A stretch of 64,000 bases of DNA, filler included, from Globobulimina sp. (GCA_003354225.1; 27 parts of 27 records of this genome joined end to end with filler, not necessarily neighbours in it), one strand, 5' to 3'; counted from the first letter of the whole stretch, positions 11,883 through 25,652 are shown. Notes: generated from the sequence alone by a model not told the origin. Numbers and translations: made by a program.

Positions 11883-13955
11883 TTGGCAAATTTTTCATCT
11901 GCCTTTTCAAGTTTGGTCCAATCCACGCGACTCCTAAATATTTTATTTGTTGTTACGTGCTCTGGCTTTGCGGCGCATATACGACATAAAATGCCCCATG
12001 TCTCGCTAGCAATGCTTCAGCAAGAAAAGCAAACCGAGGATTTAATTCATATGGGCTTAAAGAGAGAAGATATAACCAGCGAAAAATTATCGACATTGGG
12101 GTGTTTACATAATTATAATCCATTCGTTCCAATTACATTGAGTCGGTATAGTTGGACATCATTTTTTATTTATAAGATTATGAAAGATTATTTTATTGAT
12201 GCTGGTGGTGGGGGAATGAAATATGTCACAAATGGATTACTTGGTGATATAAATCCAACTGCGCCCCGGTATAAAATCAATACATTTAAACTCGGAATTG
12301 CAGCTCCATACCCAAAATGTCAACCGCATACAATTATTGATATACATGCAACATCTGCATCCGGATTGACATTGAAAAACGGTTTAAAGGATTATCATGA
12401 AAAGTTTGAGTTGTTTTTGAAAAGCAATATCAACCAAAACAAGTTATTTTTGGCCATATGGATTGTTTTCACGGAAACAGCAATGTATGTAATTTGTATA
12501 CATTTTTATGAGTTTGCAAGCATTTGTTACTTAAGCATTGTTAGTAAATGTGAAAACTGTACATTTGACCCAAAACATCTTTGATCCTGCTTTGTAATGT
12601 CTTCTTTTTGTGTGTTTGCAATCGTTTGTTTTTTTCAGGCATGGAATGAAGTGTACAATAATGTTACATCGGACATTTATTTAATTGATGCATGGAAATA
12701 TATATTGGGAATTGTCAATGTATTTAAATATAATCATATTCCATTATGGTGTTATTCACATTTAGCGCACGCTGTTGCTGATCATAAAAAAAACATAAAA
12801 CTATGGAATCCAAAACGACAAAAACAATTCTTAAAATTCACAACATCGATGATGAAATTTTTAAAAAATAGTTTGTCAGCATACGAAATTTTATTAAATT
12901 GCAATGCATTATACTTTATATTATCAACTGACTCATTTACTGCTCAGTCAGATGGAGTGTGTCACAAATATCAAATTATAGGACGAGATAAATTGAATAT
13001 TGATATGGGAAATGCAATCGATTCAGATTTAACACAAGATTTAGAATCAAGTGTCTCAAGAAATAAATTTAAAACAAGATTGAATATGCATAATACCGCC
13101 AAATTATTAGATGAAATAAAATGTGATTCATTACGCTCAAACCATCCAATTCCAATTGGCGAGGATGGTATAAATATAACAATATCCAATGATAGAATTT
13201 TGATCCCATTGTTTGGTGATGACTTCCCTGAGGTTGCGATTGAACATAATTTTCAGTCAAAAACAACCAGACTGCAGCCTCAAGGATTAAATCTAATGAT
13301 GAATGTGGTAAAAAAGGGAGATATTTATATATTTGAGAATTTATTTGAAAATATTAAGGAATTAAAATATATGGATACGCAATGGATGGCATATTTGCCA
13401 TATTGGTCGGATATATTTGGATTGAGATCGAAATACAGAGTGAATCAATACGTTGAATTATTATGGAAATTTGAGAAGTATATTTATGGCAATAAGTATT
13501 TACGGATTGACGCATATTTAAGCAAATCAACAGTAGAGCAACGTGACGCGCAGTTACAATTTATTACAAGATGGAGAGATTTGGCAGCTCGGAACACATT
13601 GAAAAAAGGATTATATCCGGTGGATACATGGAAATCTGGACGGCAATTAGTTGTAGAGGCATCATCGCAATTTGATATTGATTTAATTGAGATATTTGAT
13701 GAGTATTTAAAACAAAAACATTTAACAAGAAAATCGAGATTGGATGATATTGAGATAAAATTATATAAGGATTTAAATAAATTATGTGATTTGGATAAAG
13801 AAGATTGGGTCGTAAATATTGTAAGTGCTGATGTGAGAAAATTAAAAGGTGGCAAAGCACTGTGTACCAGTGATCGTAAAGTGTACGCATATAGAAAATT
13901 ACAAAGTTGGTTATGCGAACAATGCCAATCAACAGAGACTTATTCATTGAATTAA
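11883..13955 (+). CDS. Large unknown protein, possibly a divergent P-element/THAP9-like DDE transposase (intron 12489-12638)
   Basis: A phase-0 GT..AG intron joins two long ORFs. Weak motifs GMKYVTNGLLGD, IIDIH..LKN and LTQDLE..N..TA. Confidence 0.35.
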
Positions 13956-14254
13956 CTTGTTTAATTTATTAAATTATTAACTTGTTTATTATTTTTGTTG
14001 TGCTATTTAAATCTAAAACATATACAAACAGTCACAAACACAGAAACAGTCACAAAAATAATGCATATTATTGCAGTATTTTATTATTATTATAATATTA
14101 TGATTTAAGTTGAATATCGACTCTATTTTTGTGTTTTCTATCGATATTACAGCTNNNNNNNNNNNNNNNNNNNNNNNNNNNNNNNNNNNNNNNNNNNNTT
14201 AATTAATTAANNNNNNNNNNNNNNNNNNNNNNNNNNNNNNNNNNNNNNNNNNNN

Positions 14255-16450
14255 TCTTGTTTATGAAATAAGTCCATTCGTTGTTGAGCTATCAACTGCC
14301 GCTCTTCTTTAATTTGTTCATATTCCTCAGTGCCGTCATCTTCTTCCTCGTCGACGATCAGTGAGTGTTTCCTCGAACGTTGTATTGGCAAAATCGTATC
14401 CTTTATCTCCTTCTGCTCCTCTTCGCCATCATCATTGTTTATAATTAGACTTTGTGTGTCCGTACGAATTCGATTTGTGATGCCATGCGGATCGATAATA
14501 TCATTGTGGTATAATCCAAACACAATATCTAATATCTCATCAATGGATACATATTTTTTTTTGTTTTTATGAAGTATTTCTCTCCGCGTTGTATGATGCA
14601 AAAAGTACAACGCCTTTAACGTCGTACGTATTGTCCATAGCTCCACCTTTAACTCACTCCCTTTATAACCAACGGATGACTCCGTTCTCATCGAATTAAA
14701 AAAGGGCAGCGCCACAATGGAATTTTTAATATCGTCAAATAAAAAATATAATTGATCGGCAAACAACGACGCATCGGCACCGCGTTCAATTATCGCCGTG
14801 TTGACATCTCGCAGCATATTTTTTATTTTCTTTTTCTGCTGAAATAGACTGGCGACCTCTTGCAAATACTTGACAAATTTGGGAAAGATGGCGTTGTGAA
14901 TATTTTTCTCATCTTTGTACTCGTTGTTGTTTGCTTCGATTGAATTTAATATATATTGCCGTTCAACTTCGTCTTTGCAGTTTAAAAATTTCAATTTGTT
15001 CAAAGCAAACAGCAAATCTCGTTTTGTCAACGAGGACAATGATTTTTTTTCGTTATAATCTGGACTTTGTTCGTAAAATTGTTCCAAATCATCCAATAAC
15101 TCCTTAATGTCAAATGGATAGCGAGCAAATAAATATATTGGCAAATAATCGGCGCGCAATTTCTGAATTTGCTTAAAAATTGTCATGGATAATGGGCCAA
15201 AATAATTATGCCAGAAGTTATCGCCATTTTTGATCAGCGACGAGATGTTGATGTAATGGTCGAAGAATTCAAAAGGAGTCAGTTCGTCCTCTACTGATAT
15301 TGTCATGATGTGATTGGTTATTTTCTGTCGCAGTAAAAATGGATCAATTTCCTGTTTGGCAAAATATAATTTCTCCCACACAACATCCCGTACGTTGGAA
15401 TCAAATAATTTGTGTTCTCTGGAGGACGCATTCAAATTTGCGATCAACTGAGCATCCGCATAATGTCCAGAAACATATCTCGCTTTTTCTTTTTTATCCA
15501 CTTTATGGTTTTCATGCATTACAAAGTCAACCACTTCTTCTTCGACATCGTAAATCATCGATTTTAATAGTTCGAAATTGCGGGCCAATTCTGTTGGATC
15601 TCGAATGATTCGGAATAGCATCATTGCTCCGAAGATAATCAGTAATAACGGAAATGCCACGATATAAAAGATCCAAAGGGAGACAACTTCCCATATGAAT
15701 TCCCATCGTTTCCTCTCAAATCGGACACGATAACAATTGGAGCAGATAACTAATGTTTAATTGTTGTAGTATATAAATCTGAAAATGAATTTTAGTATAC
15801 ATAACCTGGCGAGACTTTATTCAATATTTTCAATTCAATGTCATTCACATTCAGCAATCTTCCCAACTGTTTCATGGAAGCCTTTGATTCTTTGACATAG
15901 CCTCTGCAGAAACCACCTATTATTTATTAAAGCGAATATGTGCAGCAAAAGAAATATGTAAATGTAAAGTGGATAGCATACATATCCAATATGGAGAAAT
16001 AGTTCGATTTAATGTAGCTTCGGTCATCGCATCATGCGCTTTGTTGAGCCATTGCCGGTCTACTTTGACACTTTCAAATTGCTTTAATGGCATCAATCCG
16101 ACTTCGTGCAAATGCATCAGATCTAATAACCAGCAATGTTTCTTTGCGACATCATTTTCGACGGATACCCGGAGTCCAATCCATTTTGTGTCATCATTGG
16201 GAGAGCCGTTCATGTCATAAAACTTCATATAATGTTTATGTAAACTCGCAGCATATTTGATAGCGGTACAAACTGTGGGACCTCTATGAGTCGTTATAAT
16301 CCATGATTTGCCGCAATTTTCCCATAATATCTGTTCATCCAATTCCAGTTTTCTTTCTTTGAGGAAGCCCGGCATTATTACTGCAACAAGGTCGAAATAG
16401 TGGCATCTGCAAATACAAACTGTCACGAGATTTATTGGCTTTTCTATCAT
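14255..16450 (-). CDS. Hypothetical multi-exon membrane-anchored protein, 3'-partial
   Basis: Same-strand ORFs 15920-16450 and 14255-15660 separated by intron-like AT-rich segments; one hydrophobic helix; no family recognised. Confidence 0.5.
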
Positions 16451-16629
16451 CTAAAATAACAAAAACAACACCATAGCAAACAAATTCAATGGCGGCTACA
16501 AAATAATGTGTTTTAATATTATATATGAGNNNNNNNNNNNNNNNNNNNNNNNNNNNNNNNNNNNNNNNNNNNNTTAATTAATTAANNNNNNNNNNNNNNN
16601 NNNNNNNNNNNNNNNNNNNNNNNNNNNNN

Positions 16630-16973
16630 CAACGGATACGCCAACAACTCCGCCATCTATCCAAGTACAAGAATATTCTTTTGATGATGGCCCAGTACAG
16701 AATGAGAACAATAATAAAAAGAAACAGAAGAAACCCCAACCAAAGCAATCCCTGATGATTAGCCCAAATATGCCAAAGTATACAAGATCCCGTGGAAAGC
16801 ATGCCAGTTTATTCATAGTTAATAATCGATTACAGAAAGCGAATGAGAGGAAAAAGCGAGCCAATCAATTACCATTTGTAAATATCAGAGGAGCAGGAAA
16901 GCGAAGCAAAGCAAGAAAGAATGCTAACCCAACGCCAAGCATTAATAAACCAAATGATAAATCTGAAATTTAA
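16630..16973 (+). mobile_element. Probable C-terminus of ORF1 of the downstream LINE
   Basis: Frame open from the contig start (TDTPTTPPSIQVQEY...KSEI*); basic and low-complexity; upstream of the endonuclease ORF on the same strand. Confidence 0.4.
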
Positions 16974-17329
16974 TAAAAATAATATTAAAGACAGGAAAAA
17001 AGCAATCCAACCAATCTCCAAACTAATAATAAATATTGATTTCCTTTTTATCTCCAAATTTTGTAATATACTCTGGTGCCTCCTGTATAGTCACTTTGTA
17101 GTTGTAACTGTAGACAGAGAACATTCTATATTTACGGATCTGTATTCTGAGTATTTAACTCATTACAAACCGTTATACCATATAGAATCCTCTACTGCAG
17201 TGTCAACTTTTTCTTTTAAAACACGAATTATACAAAGTTTAATTAAATTTAATCATTATTATCCATTTTATCACTTTGAAAAACAACACCTAAAAATGCA
17301 AAATAAAGCAACCAAACATAAACATCACT

Positions 17330-18805
17330 ATGGTCATCTATAAAATATTACAATTTAATATAAACGGACTAATAAGCCCATCCAAAATGTCCCAAGAATC
17401 AAAATGCCATAAAATAAATCAAATAATGCAATCCAAACAGATCGATTTCCTCCTACTGCAGGAATGGAGTGCTACACTCCGATACCCAATAAATCCGAAT
17501 GATACACACTACACAGATAAACATAATGTAATGCACGCACTAAAATTCCCAATAAAATTCTTCCCAAACTATAATGTCCATCATATTGGCACAGAAACAG
17601 CGATCCTGTACCGTAAAACATTAAATATCACTCCATTACCACCACCACCAAATTATAACCATAATGATCGAACAAAAAACTGCCACATAACAAGCGTAAT
17701 CCTGCATAGCGGTGACCGACACATTGGAATACATTCACTCTATAACTGTCCGAATAATCCAAATATCGATCAGTTATTTGATTACCCATTCACTGTTGAT
17801 CAGAATGTGATTGCAGGAGATTTCAATATCCCCAATGTAATATGGGGGAGCAATAGATCAACAACAGAGTCATGCAACTTTGTTGATGCAATCCACTTCC
17901 ATAATTGGCAGATTCTTAATATTAATAATCCATCATACACACACATCCATAAATCGTATGGCACCAAATCCAATATAGATCTGACATTAATCTCAGATGA
18001 TCTAAAACATACTAAATGGAATATTCTCCACTCGCTATACGACAAAGACTGCTCAGACCATATCCCAATCATCACAGCCTTCGAAGTTTCCCATGATTAT
18101 GGATTCGAAGAAGACAGAAAAACGTGGAACTTAGCTAGCCACTCAAAGTGGGAAAAATACGAAAAACAACTACAAGAAACGCTGGAAAACACAAATTTTG
18201 ATAATAATCCGCATCTATATACAGAACAATTAACATTTATTATTCTATATGTATCTGAACAAACCATCGGATATAAGACCTTCTATCGAGGCCATAAACC
18301 ATGGTGGAATAATAAAATAAAGAAACTAAAGAAAAGGTGCAAAAGAATACGACGCAGAATGCAAAGAATGAAACGAAACGCAAAGAGATTGAACAGATGC
18401 TTCCATAGTTTCCCCCGATATAAGAAAGAAAAGAAACTGCTGAATAAATTCCAATCCCTTAAATATAAAAATATAACCATTGCGAAAGCGAAATACCATG
18501 ATAAAATAAATAATTATATACAAACATGCAAGGACTATGGCCGCAGATTCTGGCGGACCATATCCGGCAATAAATCCAATCAAACAAATACTAATAATAT
18601 CCCACCATTAAACTACAAAAATAAATCCAATATAACTGACCCAAAACAACAGGCAAAGGCGTTACACGAAGCAATGACGCGGCCACCTAAACCACCATCA
18701 AATCCAACCCATGAAAAATGGCATGAATACATAAATAAGTTTGTCCCACAGTATCTGATAAACCACCGTGATAATCCGGTACCAAATAATGATGATATAC
18801 AGTAG
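17330..18805 (+). mobile_element. Non-LTR retrotransposon ORF2: APE (EEP) endonuclease plus linker, ending before the RT domain
   Basis: ILQFNINGL, LLLQE, SLYNCP, IAGDFN, SNIDLTL, SDHIPI, then linker motifs KPWWN and FWRTI. Confidence 0.92.
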
Positions 18806-18904
18806 TGTTCCCGATAAGAGGTACGCATATTAGTACTAAAATATATATTTTATCTAATCATATATTTACGAAATGGTGGAGCTGTCAAGGGCTAATATAT
18901 ATAA
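18800..18904. mobile_element. Putative Tc1/mariner-type terminus inserted at TA in LINE ORF2
   Basis: TA|CAGTAGTGTTCCCGATAAG at 18798-18818 supplies the premature TAG; the other end is not on the contig. Confidence 0.35.
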
Positions 18905-19079
18905 NNNNNNNNNNNNNNNNNNNNNNNNNNNNNNNNNNNNNNNNNNNNTTAATTAATTAANNNNNNNNNNNNNNNNNNNNNNNNNNNNNNNNNNNNNNNN
19001 NNNNAATGGGTCATCCCTTATATGCTGGCATACAAGCTTTTTAATAATTTTACTGTTTACTAAAAATCTTGTTTGCTCC

Positions 19080-20832
19080 ATGGCACAATCGAACCAATGG
19101 TATTTTGAATGGAACGACGGTTCCTACCGCCCATACGATACCACTATCACTGGATGGTTAAACAACGCCAATATTGGTGATCATACAGTCGTTCCTATTC
19201 ATGGCAATAAATATCAAATTCATAAACATTCAAAGCATGAATGCACGCAAACTAATGTTCGATCCCAATTTATGAGGAAAGGCATCAACCAACAAAAATA
19301 TGACCAACAATACAATCACTGCGATAATAACGGAACAGTGAAGCCATTTCCTGCCGATAGCGATGATTATCATTGGTATTGGACGGATGACAAAGCTCGC
19401 TTACATCCGTTTGACTATATAGTATCGCAAAGGATTGATGTTTTAAGCAATGGTGACTCAATGAAGCATAATGCGATGCGAAATCAATATGAATTGGTCA
19501 GATTAACCAACAACAGCGGAAAACAGACAAATATCAAATCCAACAAAACGAGAAAGATTTGCAAAATGCACTCAATGCAAATGCAAAAACATAATCAAAG
19601 TCGCAATAAATACTCGCCATCCAATCACAGCAATGATGATGAAAAACAGTTAAATATTTCGCTCACTTCTGTGAACCACTGAACTGACAGTCACTTCTTT
19701 GAATGTTATGACGTTCACAGAGTTATTGATAAATGGTATTGGAAGGACGACAATGAAGAGTTCCATTCTATGAATGATTGGTTGTCCATGAAAATAAACA
19801 ATTTAACCATTGGTGAGTCCATGAAACAGAAAATTAGAAACACAACGTACGAATTCAAGAAAACTAACCTCGGCCAAGGCACTCAACGCAATACAAAGAG
19901 CAATAAAATACGTGAGATGAAGCTCGCTATTTATGGCTGGTATTATGAGCAAAATGACAAATCTCTGAAAGCATATTCTGATGACTTAAATAAGCGATTA
20001 AATGCTCTGCCAATCAGTGGTTCTTTTACATTTGCAATAAAAAATGCAAAGTATGCAGTGACCAAACTATCCAAAAACCAGGCAAAGCAAAGGAATGCTA
20101 CAACAAATGTCGAAAGAAATGTGGTGTATAAAATGACTTTGAATGATCAACAGAATGAAAATGCAAAACCAAGGGGGAAATCAACCGGCGATTGGCTGCA
20201 GAAACGGTATGCAAAAGCGATGCAATTAGGTAAGATTGATAAGGTCAAATTGGTTACAAAACGCAATTTGAAGGAAGATTCCGCAGAAAGTCATTTTCGA
20301 CGATGTGAGTCTCAGTTTATGCGATCATGTCAGAACGGCGGAGCTGCAGCAAACGGATTAAACAAAACTATCACCGAAGTGGAGTATATTATAAATCCCA
20401 AATTGATCAAACAGTTTGAGGCAAAGAAGAGGAAATTAATGAAAACGAATAAATGTAACGAAAAGAAATTAAATATAATATTGGCATGGCATGGCACTGC
20501 GGCCACCAATTTAGATATTAAATATCGTACAAAATAATTTTAGTTTATCGAAATTAGGAGCACATACCGGTAATAAAGGCGCGTATGGCGCTGGCATATA
20601 TTTCAGTGAGTTTGCCAATGTGAGTCAAGCGTATGGTGACGGCTTGTTGCTATGTAAGGTGATGCTGGGCAAACAATACCAAATGAACACTAGCAATGCT
20701 GCGGTTGGAAGGACATTGGAAGCAGGATATGATTCACATGTTGTTGTGAGTGGTGCCAATAGTCAGTATGGACAGGAGGTGGTTATTTTTGATACAGATC
20801 AAATATTGCCTTGTTATATCGTCAGATATTGA
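19080..20832 (+). pseudogene. WWE-repeat PARP (ADP-ribosyltransferase), frameshifted at about 20517-20520; intron 19649-19720
   Basis: Four WWE-like repeats (WYFEW, WYWTD, WYWKD, WYYEQ...). Catalytic domain WHGT / GAYGAGIYFS / LLLCKVMLG / YDSH / QEVVIFDTDQILPCYIV is split over two frames. Confidence 0.8.
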
Positions 20833-21379
20833 GTAATTTTGTTTTTATTTTAAATTGAAAACACACTCTGATTGTAAGTCAAGAATCAGAATTTGTGTTG
20901 AAATGGTTTGTCTCGCTGAAATGCAACAGAAAATAATATAATAGTCGTAAAAATGATAAAATAGATAACAGATCAAACACAAATGCAATACCTGCCGAAA
21001 CATCAGGTCCTTGACGATAGAGATTTGCATCAAAAACCAAAAAAGCAACGACATGCTTTTGTACCCTGAAGTTTATTAAAAGATTGTAGATATTTTGTAA
21101 GAGGTTTACATTCGTTCCGCAATATATTGACTTGATATAAACATTACTAATATGTGATAAAATAATTCAATATAATAAAAAACAGAAAGCCAGAAAAAAA
21201 AAGAAAGAAAAAAACAAATACAATTCGATCAACAAGGTTTTTCCGCACCAGTTCTATAGTAATAATACCAATTTATAAGNNNNNNNNNNNNNNNNNNNNN
21301 NNNNNNNNNNNNNNNNNNNNNNNTTAATTAATTAANNNNNNNNNNNNNNNNNNNNNNNNNNNNNNNNNNNNNNNNNNNN

Positions 21380-23654
21380 ACTATACACACCGCAAGAAAC
21401 AACCTCACAATATCCAGATAATATATACAATGAATATATGACAAGCAAAGAATTGTTTGGTTCATCGTTAGCCTCAACATTAATGTTAATATTATCCGGA
21501 AAAGAAGAATCAAATACAAATATATTCTCCGCCAGTGGTTTAAATGAAGCATATTCAATATGGAATAAAATACATTCCATAAACGCTCCCTTTACGCACA
21601 TTAATTATACGTATAATGATTTATGTGAGAAACAATATCCTTCAAATATCTGTCTCTCACAATCAAATAATTTCTTTTCTATTGCATTTACAAACACCAC
21701 CACCAACCAAATCGACCCTCGTTTATGGCAAGATACTAATGATATAAATGAAGGTACTAAGTCTATGTTGTTATGTGTTGACTGTACTGGCACAGTACGT
21801 ACATATATATAAACACTTTAATATTAAAGCCATCGACAACGGTCCGGATAAATTGAGATTATTTATCGGTGGTAATGGGCATTCATTATTGTTAAGTTAT
21901 TCATTAACAGCTTATGACGAGAACAGTGCGTCAGGCAAAGATATTTTCATTCAAAATTGGATATCGTATTGGTCCCAGCATAGGAACGATTACTCACAGT
22001 TCAATATATATTATTTTAGTCCTACTTCACTTGAAACAGAAACACAAAGAATGTTACATAATAATATTAAATTACTAATTCTCTCCATATTTTTATTATT
22101 AGCTTATATGATGATAATATATGGCAAATTAAGCATGGTTTATGCGCGTTGCTGGTTAGCCTTTGGTGGTATACTATCAATCTCAGTGTCCATCATTGCA
22201 GGCTTTGGCACAGCGTCGGCTGCGGGATACTCAGTCACTGCGTATATTTGTTTACTCCCATTTATTGTATTTGGTGTGGGCATTGATATCATGGTGTTTA
22301 CCGTGGATACATTCAATAATATCCCCTTAGGCGACAATGACAAACAAAGATTTGGTGCATTATTATCAGAAATAGGATATTTAATTACAATCAGCACATT
22401 AACCACCATATTAGCCTTCTCATTCGGCTGTGTGGTTGAAATCAGCGGAGTTCGTACATTTTGCGTGTTCGCCCTCTGTTGTTTTCTATGGAATTATATT
22501 AATTTCTGGTTGATAATATTGCCAATTATGATATGGGACAATAAACGTATTGCAAACAACAGAAACGGTATTCTATGCTGCATTGAGTCAAACACATCAT
22601 CCAAAGAAGAGAAACGCTTGCCATATATTGCACTATTTCTAAAAGTAATAATTCTTAAACTATTTATAAATAAGCGATTGGGTCGATATTTTGTCATGAT
22701 AATATTCCTTTTATTGTTTATATTATCATCGCTATCTATACGTGCTACAAATACCACCTCCAATCCCACCACTTTCGTACCCTCTGACTCGTACTTAATT
22801 GACTTTTACCAGGTATATAATAATGATTTTAATGGTTTAGCCATTGCAGAGTTGGATATTATTGTAGAAAATGTGGATTTTAGTACCGCTGAAATGCGCG
22901 ATACTTTCAATGATTTGTTTGTCGACATTGATAATATAAGCAGCACGCAAGCGATTGAGCCTTATCACCAGATATCAAATGTAAATGAATGGTTATCGGA
23001 TTTTGAATTATTTCTAATTGATAATGATTTACTTTTAGCGGATGGTGACTCTGCCGCGTTTTATTTAGCATTACAGCAATGGACTAATTCTACACAGTCA
23101 CAGTGGCAAAAGGAAATAATTTATGATAATCCAGCCGAGCCGCGTAAAGTGAAAGGAACCAGATTTTTTGTACAGATATTCGAGCCCGGTGATGGTAAGA
23201 AACAGTTTGAAATCCGACAAGAATATGTGGATATTTTAGGGATGTATGACTATGGAGAGGGTGGCAGCGCATTTATATTCAATTTAAATTGGACCTTAAT
23301 ATATTTTGATTTTGTAGTCTTGAGTTACACCGAAGCAATAATGATATTTAGCGCTATTGGAATGCTATTTATTTTATGGGTTTTTGTTGATTGGAGAATC
23401 ATGTTTGTTATGATGATAAATGTCATAATGATGAATGTAAATTTGTTTGGTTGGATTAATTTATGCGACTTAATATTGGATTCAATGACATTCATACAAT
23501 GTTTAATGTGTATCGGATTTACTGTTGATTACACTTTGTATATTACCTATATTATGTGTAGAAATGACTGGGCTGTCAACGACTATTTATTGGTTATTAT
23601 AACCTCGTTGTGTCGCTCTGCATTTACAAGCTGGATTGCATTATTACCATTAGC
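21380..23654 (+). CDS. Patched/NPC1-family sterol-sensing-domain protein, partial at both ends (intron 21754-21829)
   Basis: PFIVFGVGIDIMV, ITISTLTTILAF, VRTFC, PSDSYL, and second-repeat CIGFTVDY. Confidence 0.9.
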
Positions 23655-23762
23655 NNNNNNNNNNNNNNNNNNNNNNNNNNNNNNNNNNNNNNNNNNNNTT
23701 AATTAATTAANNNNNNNNNNNNNNNNNNNNNNNNNNNNNNNNNNNNNNNNNNNNACGAATGT

Positions 23763-24473
23763 TTGGAATTCAAATTTCCATTAAAATATCAGTGCTGTGA
23801 TGGTAACATTGTAGATAAAGCATCTTATGAAGGCTGGTTCTGTCATGACAGATTTTGTAGATATTGCTCCATATTTTGTGCTTTTATTGCATTGATATTA
23901 TTGATGGTTTCTATAAGTTTTAATGACTATGGACATGCGATTGGAGCATATTATGAATATGATCCCAATTATTGTACACAGGAAGGAGTTCGAGACGAAT
24001 ATGAATATACATCAGTTGGACAAAATGGTGCAAGAGATTATAAACTGGATAACACCACAAAGTATGATACATTGTGCAATATGAGCAACTACACGACTCT
24101 CAGTGGAGATACTTATGAATTGAAAGAAGGGGAATATTGCAACACACAAAGCTATATTACTGCATTGGATACAATTCGATATCTTGGTTGTGTATTGATT
24201 ATAATTGGAATAATTGGATTGTTGAGAAGGACTCGATTTGTTGGATGTTCTTATTCGTTTATGGGGATGGCTGGGTTTTTAAATCTTATTGCATTGCTAT
24301 TAATTACTGGCATTGATTCAAGTTGTTCATATTTTGGGAGTGCACCAGGAACAATGTCGTTTGTAGCTTCATTGATTCTCATTTTATTTAGTTTTTGGGT
24401 CTGTACATGGATGGGTGGATCATGTTTGGTACAGGGACTAAGGTCATGCATAGAAGATGCGTGTAAAGATTAA
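23763..24473 (+). CDS. Four-TM membrane protein with claudin-like topology
   Basis: One TM helix, a large Cys-containing loop, then three TM helices. Confidence 0.45.
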   Translation: MEFKFPLKYQCCDGNIVDKASYEGWFCHDRFCRYCSIFCAFIALILLMVSISFNDYGHAIGAYYEYDPNYCTQEGVRDEYEYTSVGQNGARDYKLDNTTKYDTLCNMSNYTTLSGDTYELKEGEYCNTQSYITALDTIRYLGCVLIIIGIIGLLRRTRFVGCSYSFMGMAGFLNLIALLLITGIDSSCSYFGSAPGTMSFVASLILILFSFWVCTWMGGSCLVQGLRSCIEDACKD

Positions 24474-24560
24474 AACGGCAAACAACGACCAATGACATAA
24501 ATTTTTGATGAAAAAATGAGTGTTCAGCGTCTTTCTTCCATCTCGAAATAAGACTACACT

Positions 24561-25652
24561 TCAAAAATTGACGGACCCTCTCATGTTTTTGGCCAGAAAA
24601 TGTGCAACGTTAATTATCTTATGGTTTGCCGTGTTTCTAATCAAAGAAGTGTCAATAATTCCGTTTGGATCCGCATAACAAAATAAGGGAAACGAAATCC
24701 GATCATGTTTATAACTTTTCTTTACTGAATGTCTGCATGGAATTGGTCCAAATGGATTGTCATTATCTGTCAAATGTGCTAATGTCAAGCCACTAATCAC
24801 TGCAATTACCTCTTTTCCGTTCATTTTATGTGATTTAATGACATCCGCAACTTGAACGTTTTTTGATTGCACTTTATCAAATACTGTCAATCCGGATTCA
24901 TTTGCAATTATTAATGTGATTAATGTAAAATCAATGTGTAACGGACATGGATTAGTCATATAAAGTTTATTTTTAACATCACCATAATAATGTATTGCAG
25001 CTAAATTGTTCAAATGTAAACCATTTAACTTTCTATATTTATGATATACTGCACATTGTTGATAATTATCCTTTGCGTTTCTCGGAAATAAATTATGCAA
25101 ACATTTAATATAAGATTTGTTATCTTTGCAATTACCCTCTAAAATTGCATGGATCGCATCATTTGCAATCTCATTATAATTATTATACGCATGTATTACT
25201 TGTTTGTAATTACTTGATTCATATAAGATTGATTGATTTTTATTTTTCAGAGCTGGAAAGAGTGTGTTGTTTGCATCTAAATAAAACCATAACGACTGTT
25301 TAGTGTTTGGCGTTGCTGCATATCCGATATATTTTGAATTTTCATCACATTCCAATGGCTCTTTTGATTGAAACAATTTTTCAAAAATATCAAATAAATC
25401 ATCCAATGATTCCTTGTATTTATTTGCGATTTGAATGAATGCAAATGATCGTTTTACTAATGAGATGGCAAATAACTTCCTATCGTCTTCATCACTCAAA
25501 TCATGGATTTTATATTGACTTCTCAACATTTCTTGTGGTGTAATTTCACACATTTTCGCGTCAATATCCTCATTCGCATCGTTTCCAGACAATTTTTCCT
25601 CTTTCGACATGATAATATTCATCAAAAACTTCCACTCAACAAACCACCTCAC
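24561..25652 (-). CDS. 2-oxoglutarate/Fe(II)-dependent oxygenase
   Basis: HIDFTLITL (HxD), SGL, distal His in CRHSV and RxS in DRIS. Confidence 0.8.
   Translation of the reverse strand: MRWFVEWKFLMNIIMSKEEKLSGNDANEDIDAKMCEITPQEMLRSQYKIHDLSDEDDRKLFAISLVKRSFAFIQIANKYKESLDDLFDIFEKLFQSKEPLECDENSKYIGYAATPNTKQSLWFYLDANNTLFPALKNKNQSILYESSNYKQVIHAYNNYNEIANDAIHAILEGNCKDNKSYIKCLHNLFPRNAKDNYQQCAVYHKYRKLNGLHLNNLAAIHYYGDVKNKLYMTNPCPLHIDFTLITLIIANESGLTVFDKVQSKNVQVADVIKSHKMNGKEVIAVISGLTLAHLTDNDNPFGPIPCRHSVKKSYKHDRISFPLFCYADPNGIIDTSLIRNTANHKIINVAHFLAKNMRGSVNF

Noticed and set aside
20500-20540. Programmed ribosomal frameshift in the PARP
   Set aside because: No slippery heptamer or AAA-stop site at the break; a 4-bp insertion explains the spacing better.
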